Shown: positions 1 to 7,970 of the stretch, in pieces
Layout: each line of letters starts with the position of its first letter
Position numbering within the stretch: the stretch's first letter is position 1
Assembly: GCA_036846405.1 (NCBI GenBank)
Contig: DAIUCA010000002.1
Location: forward strand, 2,881-34,499
Origin: Candidatus Competibacteraceae bacterium
Lineage (GTDB): Bacteria > Pseudomonadota > Gammaproteobacteria > Competibacterales > Competibacteraceae
Length of the DNA: 31,619 nt
Reading direction: 5' to 3'
The notes under the pieces: model-generated
What the model saw: only the letters and a program-made list of their open reading frames with translations
Told to the model about the DNA's origin: nothing
Database searches by the model: none
Made by a program: the position numbers and the translations under genes

Positions 1-737
1 AAGGGAATGGCTTCGGCACCTAATTCGGTTACGGCTGCCGCGATTAATGGGCCATTCGCGTCGTAGAGTTTTGCCGGTGCTAATGGCGTCCCGCCGGCGC
101 TAATTTCGTTGCCTGTGGAGAAAATCGCCACTCGGGGCTTGCGATACACCACAACTTGGGTTTTACCGAGGGCGGCTAATACCCCAATTTCGCGGGCGCC
201 AATCACTTGATTTTGAAATAAGGCGGTTTCGCCAGTTAATAAATCGCTGCCGGCATGGGCGACAAATTGGCCAGCGGCAACGGGCTTCAAAACCGCCAAC
301 CGCTGGGTGTTTTCGTCCCATTCCGTGTGTTCGATCATGAGTACGGCGTCGGCACCCCGAGGCAATACGCCCCCTGTCGCGATGGCTAATGCTTTGCCTA
401 ATTCGACGCTTTCGACGGGCACAATCCCGGGGGTTAAAATTTGTTCGCCGACCTGCAAATAAATCGGCTGCATTTCATTCGCCCCTGCCGTGTCTTGGGC
501 ACGTAATGCGAAGCCATCCACATTACTGCGATCAAAGGCCGGCACATCGATCTCGGAAATCACATCGGCGGCTAATACACGCCCTAATGCGTGGGCTAAT
601 TCGACGGATTCGGCGCCTAATGGCTGGGGCTGAATTGCCGCCCAAAACTGCGCAAAGGCCGCTTCGGGCTGGGCGATTTGGAGAAACTGTTCTTGTTGCA
701 AAGCGTTGCGAAAGGGCGGCGTCATCACAGTGGGCAT
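1..737 (-). CDS. moeA: Molybdopterin molybdotransferase MoeA, N-terminal ~245 aa (C-terminal part lies beyond the window start)
   Basis: Reverse-strand translation from ATG (complement of 735-737) gives MPTVMTPPFRNALQQEQFLQ...VPAFDRSNVDGFALRA...TGGVLPRGADAVLMIE...RVAIFSTGNEISAGG...YDANGP. This matches the MoeA N-terminal and MoCF-binding motifs, including the STGDEL/STGNEI-type motif. The ORF is open to position 1. It is absent from the supplied ORF track only because it runs off the window edge. Confidence 0.8.
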   Translation of the reverse strand, partial: MPTVMTPPFRNALQQEQFLQIAQPEAAFAQFWAAIQPQPLGAESVELAHALGRVLAADVISEIDVPAFDRSNVDGFALRAQDTAGANEMQPIYLQVGEQILTPGIVPVESVELGKALAIATGGVLPRGADAVLMIEHTEWDENTQRLAVLKPVAAGQFVAHAGSDLLTGETALFQNQVIGAREIGVLAALGKTQVVVYRKPRVAIFSTGNEISAGGTPLAPAKLYDANGPLIAAAVTELGAEAIP

Positions 738-771
738 CCGAATGGAGAAAAACCGCAGATAGCGCGGTTAA

Positions 772-1887
772 TTAGTAGGCATAAAAGGGCAATGCGTGGC
801 CAGCAGCAAATCCCTCCGCCGCCGCCTCCACGAGCACAAAGCCATCGGCCCGCGTGAGGGTGGTCAGCCGCGCCGCCGCCCCCGCTGCCAGGGGCCACAA
901 GCCGTCGGGTCGCCGCTGCACGCGCCAGTATTCGACCCAACCCGGCGCCGAACTAAGCTTTTTAAGCAGGGGCAACGGCGTGGCCGACGGCGGCGGACTC
1001 GCCAACCATCGCCGCAGCAACGGCAACACCAGAACATCCAAACCGCAGCAGGTCGCAACCGGCGCACCGGGCAACAGCACCACCGGCACACCATCCCATT
1101 GGCCGACGCCGAGGGAAATCGCCGGCTGCACCGCCGCGCCGTGCAGCGCCAATTCCCCGTGGCGGGCCAGCCAATGGGGCCAATCGGTGGGCGATTGCCC
1201 GTCGCTGCGCCCCACGGTGATCCACAGATCCGGCCCGGTGGTAGCCATCGTCGGCTGGGCGACGGTGGGCAATACCTCGGCACCGACCGCTTCACAGCGC
1301 GCCGCCACTAAAAGGCCGCTGCCGTCGGGGTGGTAATCGCTCACCACCTGCACGCGCGGGCGCCGAACCACGTCGACCTGGGCCATCTGCTGTTGCACCA
1401 ACCAGGGCAAATCCACCGCCCGCAGCCGATGTCCCGCCGCGAAAACGGGATCGCCGACCCCACCCTCGCTGTGGGGCAACAGCACATTTTCGGACACGGC
1501 CACATCCGCGCGCAGGAGCGCCATCGAACCGACAATCGCAAACCCGTCGGTAGGCAATACCGCGTCGGCGCCGCGGGGCAACGGGGCGCCGCTGGCGATG
1601 GGCAGGGCGGTGGTCGGCGCCAACGGTTCGGTAGACGCGACGAGACGCAGGGGCAGGGGTTGTAAATCGCTTGCGCCCAGGGTGTCGGCGCTACGCACCG
1701 CCAGACCGTTAGTCATCGCGACGGCGTGGGGTGGCCAGGATTGGGGCTGGCCCACGGCGACGGCGAGTCGGCGACCCACAAGCGATGGCGCGACAGCGTG
1801 GGTTTCGCTCGCCAACGACGGCGAAAAGCGTTGCAGATAGGTCTGCAACGCGGCCAGGTCGTGGAGCGTCGCGAAGGGTGACGCCAA
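772..1887 (-). CDS. MoeA-like paralog (molybdopterin molybdotransferase fold) with a degenerate active-site motif
   Basis: 371-aa ORF with MoeA-like architecture along its length (ASGAPLPRGADAVLP, RPRVQVVSDYHPDGSGLL, C-terminal MoeA_C-like beta region). The conserved STGDEL-type motif is replaced by SDYHPDGSG. It sits 34 nt upstream of the canonical moeA and 5 nt downstream of the preceding gene, so it looks co-operonic. Confidence 0.6.
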   Translation of the reverse strand: MASPFATLHDLAALQTYLQRFSPSLASETHAVAPSLVGRRLAVAVGQPQSWPPHAVAMTNGLAVRSADTLGASDLQPLPLRLVASTEPLAPTTALPIASGAPLPRGADAVLPTDGFAIVGSMALLRADVAVSENVLLPHSEGGVGDPVFAAGHRLRAVDLPWLVQQQMAQVDVVRRPRVQVVSDYHPDGSGLLVAARCEAVGAEVLPTVAQPTMATTGPDLWITVGRSDGQSPTDWPHWLARHGELALHGAAVQPAISLGVGQWDGVPVVLLPGAPVATCCGLDVLVLPLLRRWLASPPPSATPLPLLKKLSSAPGWVEYWRVQRRPDGLWPLAAGAAARLTTLTRADGFVLVEAAAEGFAAGHALPFYAY

Positions 1888-1892
1888 TGGAA

Positions 1893-2573
1893 TTATTCCG
1901 AATCGCTCTCAGTCGCGGGCGTCGGCGATGGGATCGCCAATGGAGTCGGCGGCGGGTTTGCTGCCGCCGCCGCTGCGGCGACCTGTTCGGCTTTCTGCTT
2001 CCACGAGAACACGGTTTTGTAATTCACGTTCAGATCGCGGGCCACATTGGTCACTGACTCACCGGCAGCAATCCGCTCGAGGGCCTCCTGCTTCTGCTCA
2101 GCGGGGTGGGTCATGCGACCACTGCGGCTACGGGCCGATTCTTCAACTACTGGCGGCGCAGCCACCTTGGCGGCTTCCGCCCCGTCGGCGGAGGCACTCC
2201 GTCGGCGACCGTTGGTGGACTTGGGTTTGGGCGGTTTTGCCGATGCAGCTTCGGCGACAACCGACGGTGGCGGCGTCACCTCAGCGGCGGTGGACGAGGC
2301 GCCCGTGTGAAAGGTTTCGAGCCGCGTCAATCGCTGATTGAGCTGCTGAAATGCCTGGTCGTAACCATCCAATCGGTCGGCGATTTGCTTGAGCGTCGTC
2401 GCAATATCCACGGACGGCTGATCGCTTTCTGGAATCTGGGGCACGATTTTGAACGACGCGGACATGTTGGCTAAATCCCGCGCCATGGCTTCGAGATTGC
2501 TCTGGGTGAGCTTGGTTGCCGTAAACATTCGCTCGAATAGCGATTGCCAGTTGTCATCTTGATGAGTGGTCAT
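1893..2573 (-). CDS. Hypothetical protein: N-terminal coiled-coil region, Ala/Pro-rich linker, C-terminal helix-turn-helix (IS3-OrfA/HTH_Tnp_1-like)
   Basis: 226-aa ORF. The N-terminus has heptad-like segments (LKQIADRLDGYDQAFQQLNQRLTRLETF). The middle is a low-complexity A/P/S-rich stretch. The C-terminus (ESVTNVARDLNVNYKTVFSWKQK) has the xSVxxVARxLxVxxxTVxxW pattern of IS3-OrfA-type HTH domains. It lies between the GTPase gene and the MoeA-like gene in one apparent operon. Confidence 0.5.
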   Translation of the reverse strand: MTTHQDDNWQSLFERMFTATKLTQSNLEAMARDLANMSASFKIVPQIPESDQPSVDIATTLKQIADRLDGYDQAFQQLNQRLTRLETFHTGASSTAAEVTPPPSVVAEAASAKPPKPKSTNGRRRSASADGAEAAKVAAPPVVEESARSRSGRMTHPAEQKQEALERIAAGESVTNVARDLNVNYKTVFSWKQKAEQVAAAAAAANPPPTPLAIPSPTPATESDSE

Positions 2574-2620
2574 AGAACGGCCTGCTTTGAGATTTTAAGA
2601 AATGATGAGACCACGGTCTG

Positions 2621-3739
2621 TTAGCGTTTGCGCTGAAAGTAGTGGCTCAACAGATTCTGCGCCGATTTGAATTGGTCGCCATACTGATTTTGCAGATTTT
2701 GCAGATTCGGTACACCACCGGCTTTGATGGTTCTGAAATAGGTCGCTAAAACTTGGCCCAGGGCGTAGGTACTCGCCGCCGTCAATAGGGCCGACATGGC
2801 GGTGCCGTAAGCCGGAATGAGCTTTAACAATTGCCGCCGCGCGAGCTGCGCTAACAGCCCCATGCCCACGACCCCGGCGAGTTCCGTGAGGGTCTGGCGG
2901 TCGAAGGGCTGGTCGTAATGTTTCGCCAGGTCTCGGGCCATGTGGGTTTGAATGCCGACGACCACGGGTAAATCCACCGCCGGCACGGGCACGGCCCCTG
3001 CCACCCCTGCCATGAGGGCATGGCGCAAAATGGTTTGGGCCACTTGATCGCGATGGGTCGCTTGAATCGCCAAACCCGCCGTCGGCAACAGCCGTTCGAT
3101 TGCGTCGATCAATGTCGGCAAGCCGTAATCGGGCGGCGTAAAACCCTCTTCTGGGGGCGTAAAGTCGATGGCCACAAACTCGGCATTAAATCGACTAAAC
3201 CGCTGGCGCTGTTCGGCGAGTGCGGCGGCCAGTTCGCTGGGCACGGGAACCGTTAACGGCCAGGGGTCGTAGGGATAGGGCTGGAGATGGTCGGTGTTGG
3301 GGGGATAGCCCTCGTGGAGACTGGTGAACACCACCAACAAAGGCCAATGGGGCTGCTGTCGCCGAATCTGGGCCAGCGCCGACAGCACCGGGTCTTGGGC
3401 CAAATCCATCACCCGCGCTACCACCATGAGTAGTTGGGACTGTTGCGCGAATTGGGCCAGGTCTTCTGTCGGGTCGTAATTCGCTTCGCCTAGACCGCGG
3501 GTGTCGAGAAATCGCAGCAATGGCGTGTCGGCGTCGGGGAAGTCGTAGAAGGCTGCCGTGCGGGTACAGGGCTGGAACAGGTCGCCGATGGTGGCGCGCG
3601 GATCATCGGTAAGCGCCCGCACGATGGAACTTTTCCCCGCTTGGGTTTTGCCCAATAACCACATGACCGGCGGTTGCAACGGCGCTGCGCGCGTCACTGG
3701 TGCCGCGTTTTCTTGGCGCTGTTTTAGCCATTCCCACAT
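2621..3739 (-). CDS. GTP-binding protein: N-terminal P-loop GTPase (HSR1/MMR1-like) fused to a C-terminal DUF697 (YcjF-like) domain
   Basis: 372-aa ORF. G1 P-loop is LLGKTQAGKSSIV and G3 is DTRGLGE. The C-terminal half (VAGAVPVPAVDLPVVVGIQTHMARDLAKHYD...AYGTAMSALLTAASTYALGQVLATYF) is typical of DUF697. A GGGGA Shine-Dalgarno lies 8 nt upstream of the ATG at 3739. Confidence 0.7.
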   Translation of the reverse strand: MWEWLKQRQENAAPVTRAAPLQPPVMWLLGKTQAGKSSIVRALTDDPRATIGDLFQPCTRTAAFYDFPDADTPLLRFLDTRGLGEANYDPTEDLAQFAQQSQLLMVVARVMDLAQDPVLSALAQIRRQQPHWPLLVVFTSLHEGYPPNTDHLQPYPYDPWPLTVPVPSELAAALAEQRQRFSRFNAEFVAIDFTPPEEGFTPPDYGLPTLIDAIERLLPTAGLAIQATHRDQVAQTILRHALMAGVAGAVPVPAVDLPVVVGIQTHMARDLAKHYDQPFDRQTLTELAGVVGMGLLAQLARRQLLKLIPAYGTAMSALLTAASTYALGQVLATYFRTIKAGGVPNLQNLQNQYGDQFKSAQNLLSHYFQRKR

Positions 3740-3846
3740 AAATTATTCCCCATTTCTGAATTGGTTAGTTGACAGAGACAGTTCAGTCGGGATTAACCCC
3801 GTTAACCGTGAACTGCGGTGCATTCACATCCATAGGAGAATAGTCA

Positions 3847-4194
3847 ATGAAAATCGTCTTCGCGTTGTTTGCACTCGCCGCATTAAGCGGCTGCGCCACG
3901 GCCCCCAACGGCCAGACCGCCATGACAGACCAAGGACGCACGGCGCTAGGTACCGTTGCCGGCGGGGCGTTAGGCGGCTATTTCGGCAACCGCATTAGCG
4001 ACGGCTCGCCCACGGGCACGGCCATCGGCGCGATTGGCGGCGCAGCGGTGGGCAACGCCCTGTTCCAACCGTCCTACCCGAGTGGCTATCAGAACCAGAA
4101 CAGCTATCGCCAGGGCAACTATCGTCGGGGCGGCTACAACCGGTCCTACTACGGGCGGCGCGGGGCCTGTCGCGGCCAGGGCTGCTGGTACTAA
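3847..4194 (+). CDS. Glycine-zipper (Gly-zipper 2TM / SlyB-Pcp-like) outer-membrane lipoprotein with a Tyr/Arg/Gly/Asn-rich low-complexity tail
   Basis: Lipoprotein signal peptide with lipobox LSGC (MKIVFALFALAALSGCA). Glycine-zipper core GTVAGGALGGYFGN...GTAIGAIGGAAVGNALF. C-terminal YPSGYQNQNSYRQGNYRRGGYNRSYYGRRG. An AGGAGA RBS lies 7 nt upstream of the start. Confidence 0.7.
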   Translation: MKIVFALFALAALSGCATAPNGQTAMTDQGRTALGTVAGGALGGYFGNRISDGSPTGTAIGAIGGAAVGNALFQPSYPSGYQNQNSYRQGNYRRGGYNRSYYGRRGACRGQGCWY

Positions 4195-4223
4195 ATAGCG
4201 TTCCACTCTCGAGGTTTTAAGCA

Positions 4224-4248
4224 AAAGGCGCTAACGCGCCTTTTTTTG
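4224..4248 (+). terminator. Rho-independent terminator downstream of the lipoprotein gene
   Basis: aaggcgc-taac-gcgcctt perfect 7-bp GC-rich stem followed by a TTTTTTT run (4241-4247). Confidence 0.7.
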
Positions 4249-4383
4249 TGCTTGGCGATGGGCTATTGCTTCTGCACCACCCCGCGCATGGTGCTTTAAT
4301 GCGCTACGCAAAATCGCCCTCCCAATCGCTCGCCGAAGCGATGGTCTTGTGTTTTACCTCATCCACCAAACCGGAGTGTTCTG

Positions 4384-5349
4384 ATGAAAATGCTGTTGTC
4401 TGTGGCCCTCGCGGCCTTCGCTTTTGTCCCCCTGGCCCATGCAGAAAATCCCAGCAACTGGCCTAGGAGCTTCAAAGTCGCCACCGCCTCCCAGGGGGGC
4501 ACCTACTTCGTGTACGGCTCCGGCTGGGCCAACCTGGTGAGCGAAACCCTGGGCATTTCCGGTGGTGCCGAAGTCACCGGCGGGCCGGTGCAGAATGCGG
4601 CCCTCATCCAAACCGGCGACGCAGAATTCGCCCAAGTCACCATGGGACCCGCATTTGATGCGTGGAATGGCGAAAGCGAGCTGGCTCCCGGGTTGCCCCA
4701 CGACAAGTTGCGGGCCCTATTCCCCATGTACCAAACCTCGTTTGCATTCATTTCCCTCAAAAGCTCGGGCATCGCCGCGATCCAAGACCTGGAAGGCAAG
4801 AGCTTTGGCATCGGCCCTGCCGGCGGCACCTCGGGAACCTATCTGCCGCGCTTTCTGCAAGCCCTCGGGGTGAGTGGCGATATGCGTTTTGGCGGCGCTT
4901 CCGATCAAACCGGACAGCTGCAAGACGGCCTTTTAAGCGCTTTTGGCTTCGCAGCAGGCCATCCCATTCCGGCGTTTAACCAACTCGAAGCCCAAATGGA
5001 TGTGAATATCTTCGCGTTTAGCCAGGCCGAAGCCGAAAAACTCGCCACCCTGTTTCCCGTCGTGGTCGATCCCATTCCGACGCAATTCTACAAATCCGTG
5101 ACCGGCCCCGCCGTGAGCGTTTCCATGTGGAACTTTGCCGTCGTTAACGCCGATCTGCCGGATGATTTTGTCTACGCCGTCACCAAAGCCGTGATGGAAA
5201 ATCACGAACGCATGGTGGGCATCCACAAGGCCGCCGTCGAAACCCTGCCGGAAAACGCCTTAAAAAATACCTTCTTGCCCTATCACCCAGGCGCCGCCCG
5301 CTGGTACGCGGAACACGGCATCACCCTGCCCTCGAAACTCCTGCCGTAA
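4384..5349 (+). CDS. TRAP transporter solute receptor, TAXI family (periplasmic substrate-binding protein)
   Basis: 321 aa with signal peptide MKMLLSVALAAFAFVPLAHA and TAXI-family motifs (ATASQGGTYFVYGSGWANLVSE, FAFISLKSSGIAAIQDLEGKSFGIGPAGGTSGTY). It is immediately followed by the cognate fused permease. Confidence 0.85.
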   Translation: MKMLLSVALAAFAFVPLAHAENPSNWPRSFKVATASQGGTYFVYGSGWANLVSETLGISGGAEVTGGPVQNAALIQTGDAEFAQVTMGPAFDAWNGESELAPGLPHDKLRALFPMYQTSFAFISLKSSGIAAIQDLEGKSFGIGPAGGTSGTYLPRFLQALGVSGDMRFGGASDQTGQLQDGLLSAFGFAAGHPIPAFNQLEAQMDVNIFAFSQAEAEKLATLFPVVVDPIPTQFYKSVTGPAVSVSMWNFAVVNADLPDDFVYAVTKAVMENHERMVGIHKAAVETLPENALKNTFLPYHPGAARWYAEHGITLPSKLLP

Positions 5350-5370
5350 ACCCCGTCCCCCGCGTTCTCC

Positions 5371-5403
5371 GCGCCGCTGCCCTCAAAGCAGCGGCGTTTT
5401 TCG
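5371..5403 (+). terminator. Intrinsic terminator/attenuator hairpin between the TAXI receptor and the permease gene
   Basis: gccgctgc-cctcaaa-gcagcggc 8-bp stem followed by gTTTTTcg. Partial intra-operon terminators after the highly expressed binding-protein gene are typical for SBP-dependent transporters. Confidence 0.45.
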
Positions 5404-5440
5404 TTGGGGTAATCCATTAATAAAATAAGAGTTTTCCACC

Positions 5441-7648
5441 ATGACCAATCCCGCGCATTTGGACGGCCCCCTCATTGCCCACAACGTGGATGAAGAGCCC
5501 GTTGCCGATAACGAACGCCTGTTTAGTGGCTGGCAACTGCACCTGTTTTTCGCCTTTGGCGTGGTGTACGTGCTGTTTCACCTACTCGCCCTCAACGTCT
5601 ACCCCATGGAAACCTGGACCTTCCGCCTGCTCCACGTGGCGGGGGCCTTGGTGTTGGGTTACGCCCTCATGAGCGCTGCCCGACTCGATCACGCACCTGC
5701 CCCACTGGCCGCCCCCGCCCGCGGTTTCCTCGGACTCAGCGCCGTCCTCGTGGGATACAGCGCGCTGTGCGTCATCGGTGCCTGGGCGTGGATGCTCACC
5801 AACCAGGGCGGTCGTCCCCCCGCCTGGCTGCTGGCGTACCTCGGCCCCACCCTCGTCGCTGGCGTGGGCATAGCGATCATCCTGAGTTGGCTGGCACGCA
5901 GTCCCAAAGACCGCGTGGCAGGCGCTGATTGGGTGCTACTCCTCGCGTCGGTAGTCGTCATGGGGTTTCTGCTGTTCAGCATGAATCACTTGGCGCTGCG
6001 CATGCGGGCCGGCACGCCCTTTGCCGACCTCCAGAACGCCTATGTGGCCCTCGCCGGCGTTGTGCTCATTTTGGAACTCACCCGCCGCGTGGCCGGTATG
6101 GCCCTCGTCGTCGTCACAACCGTGTTTTTGGCCTACACCTTCCTCGGTCCCTATCTGCCCGGGTTTCTGAATCACACCGGCTATGACTGGAAGCGTTTCT
6201 TCACCTACCTCTACACCGACAACGGCATTTTGGGCGCGACCACCGCCGTTTCCAGCACCTACATCATCCTGTTCATCGTGTTCGCCTCGTTTCTGCAAGC
6301 CTCCAAGGTGGGCGACTACTTCGTGAATTTTGCCTTTGCCATCGCGGGTCGTTCTCGCGGGGGGCCCGCGAAGGTCGCCGTGTTCGCGTCCGGCCTCATG
6401 GGCATGATTAACGGCACCTCCGCAGGCAATGTGGTCGCCACGGGGAGCCTCACGATTCCCCTAATGAAGCGCGTGGGCTACGCGCCCCAATCGGCCGGCG
6501 CCATCGAAGCTGCCGCCTCCACCGGTGGCCAAATCATGCCGCCCATCATGGGGGCCGGCGCCTTCATCATGGCGGAGGTCACCGGCATTCCGTATTCGGA
6601 ATTGGTGATCGCCGCCATCATTCCGGCAACGCTCTACTTCGTGTCGATTTACTTCATGGTCGATCTCGAAGCCGCCCGCACGGGGATGCGCGGCATGCGC
6701 GAGGACGAGCTCCCCAAACTGCGGCCACTCCTGGGCCAGCTCTATCTGTTCCTGCCCATCGTGATGCTCATGGGGGCCCTCTTCGCCGGCTATTCGGTGA
6801 TCCGCGCCGGCACCTACGCCACCATCGGCGCCATGGTGGTGAGTTGGTTTGCCCCCCACAAAATGACGCCCAAGGGCATTCTGATCGCCCTCGAATTGGC
6901 CGCGCGCATGTCGATTCAAATCATCGTCGTCTGCGCCTGTGCCGGCATCATCGTCGGCGTAATTTCCCTCACCGGGGTGGGATCGCGGTTTTCGTCCATG
7001 TTGCTCGGCATCGCCACCAGTGGCGCTTTTTCCGCCGACATCGGCCTATTACTCGCCATGTTCTTTGCCATGATGATCGCCATCATTCTCGGCATGGGCA
7101 TGCCCACCACCGCCGCTTACGCCGTAGCCGCCGCCGTCGTCGCCCCCGGACTTGCCCAAATTCTGCTGCCTACCTTTGCTGAAAACGCGAATCCCGAACG
7201 ACTGTCGCTGCTCACCGCCCACTTCTTCGTGTTCTATTTCGCCGTCGTATCGGCCATTACGCCCCCGGTCGCCCTCGCGTCCTACGCGGGCGCCGCTATT
7301 GCCGGTTCGAATCCCATGGCCACCTCGGTGACCTCCTTCAAGCTCGGCCTCGCCGCGTTCATCGTGCCGTTCATGGCCTGCTACAGCCCGGCCATTCTGA
7401 TGGAAGGCAACCTCCTCGCCGTTCTGCAAGTCGCGATTACCTCCACTGTCGGGGTGTATCTGCTGGCCGCCGCCGTCCAAGGCTATTACTTCGGCGCCAC
7501 CGCCTGGTGGATGCGGCTACTGCTGCTCGTCGGCGCGCTCGCCATGATTAGCGGCGGCTGGGTCACCGATCTTCTGGGGATCGCCATCACCATCGGGCTG
7601 TTTTTGCTGCAAAAACCCGCTAAATCCTCCTCGGTGCCGACGACCTAA
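5441..7648 (+). CDS. TRAP transporter fused permease (DctQ-like 4TM + DctM-like 12TM), TAXI-associated type
   Basis: 735-aa highly hydrophobic polytopic protein with many predicted TM segments, directly downstream of the TAXI receptor. Its length and N-terminal small-permease-like region fit the fused DctQM permeases of TAXI-TRAP systems. Confidence 0.85.
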   Translation: MTNPAHLDGPLIAHNVDEEPVADNERLFSGWQLHLFFAFGVVYVLFHLLALNVYPMETWTFRLLHVAGALVLGYALMSAARLDHAPAPLAAPARGFLGLSAVLVGYSALCVIGAWAWMLTNQGGRPPAWLLAYLGPTLVAGVGIAIILSWLARSPKDRVAGADWVLLLASVVVMGFLLFSMNHLALRMRAGTPFADLQNAYVALAGVVLILELTRRVAGMALVVVTTVFLAYTFLGPYLPGFLNHTGYDWKRFFTYLYTDNGILGATTAVSSTYIILFIVFASFLQASKVGDYFVNFAFAIAGRSRGGPAKVAVFASGLMGMINGTSAGNVVATGSLTIPLMKRVGYAPQSAGAIEAAASTGGQIMPPIMGAGAFIMAEVTGIPYSELVIAAIIPATLYFVSIYFMVDLEAARTGMRGMREDELPKLRPLLGQLYLFLPIVMLMGALFAGYSVIRAGTYATIGAMVVSWFAPHKMTPKGILIALELAARMSIQIIVVCACAGIIVGVISLTGVGSRFSSMLLGIATSGAFSADIGLLLAMFFAMMIAIILGMGMPTTAAYAVAAAVVAPGLAQILLPTFAENANPERLSLLTAHFFVFYFAVVSAITPPVALASYAGAAIAGSNPMATSVTSFKLGLAAFIVPFMACYSPAILMEGNLLAVLQVAITSTVGVYLLAAAVQGYYFGATAWWMRLLLLVGALAMISGGWVTDLLGIAITIGLFLLQKPAKSSSVPTT

Positions 7649-7887
7649 TCGCCTTCAACCTCGGGTGGCCGCCGCCACCCCATCAACCAGCGGGAATCGT
7701 CCTTCAATTGTCGCCAAGGCACGCGATAAATCGCCCCCGTCAACACCGCTTCGACCTTCAGAATCTGCGGGCGCGGCTCATCAAAATCCGCATAGCCCAA
7801 TACGAGAAAATGCAGTTCTCGGTCCACCGGTACCGCCGCCGTCCACTTGGAACCGACGAGTTTTTTCGGATGAATGCGGTTAGGCAT
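7645..7887 (-). CDS. Small Trp-rich conserved hypothetical protein (TIGR02450-like)
   Basis: 80-aa protein MPNRIHPKKLVGSKWTAAVPVDRELHFLVLGYADFDEPRPQILKVEAVLTGAIYRVPWRQLKDDSRWLMGWRRPPEVEGD, starting at ATG (complement 7885-7887) with a GGAGAAC RBS. The longer 147-aa version in the ORF track is an artefactual N-terminal extension. The stop codon overlaps the convergent TRAP permease stop. Confidence 0.6.
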   Translation of the reverse strand: MPNRIHPKKLVGSKWTAAVPVDRELHFLVLGYADFDEPRPQILKVEAVLTGAIYRVPWRQLKDDSRWLMGWRRPPEVEGD

Positions 7888-7900
7888 GGTCGGGGTTCTC

Positions 7901-7930
7901 CATAAAAAAAGCCGATTTTCATCGGCTTTT
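7901..7930 (-). terminator. Rho-independent terminator of the superoxide dismutase gene
   Basis: On the minus strand: aaaagccgat-gaaa-atcggctttt followed by a T-run (the plus strand shows AAAAAAAgccgattttcatcggctttt). It sits 40 nt after the SOD stop. Confidence 0.65.
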
Positions 7931-7970
7931 GGTTGAGTCAGGCAGCGCCCAGCACGGGCGCCCTTACGAT

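Noticed and set aside
389-1336. Several plus-strand ORFs (389..775, 796..1311, 854..1336) and nested minus-strand ORFs (864..1295, 962..1225) overlapping the moeA genes
   Set aside because: Arg/Pro/Gly-rich, low-complexity translations that are typical stop-free artefacts of GC-rich DNA. They are antisense or out-of-frame to ORFs with clear MoeA homology.
1893-2573. Possibility that the HTH-containing 226-aa ORF is an IS3-family OrfA (transposase N-terminal piece)
   Set aside because: The HTH is C-terminal, not N-terminal. No downstream DDE transposase ORF, no -1 frameshift motif, and no terminal inverted repeats or target-site duplications were seen around it.
3769-3774. TTGACA hexamer as a complete sigma70 promoter for the lipoprotein gene
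   Set aside because: No acceptable -10 hexamer is found 16-18 nt downstream (attaac/gattaa), so only the -35 element can be noted.
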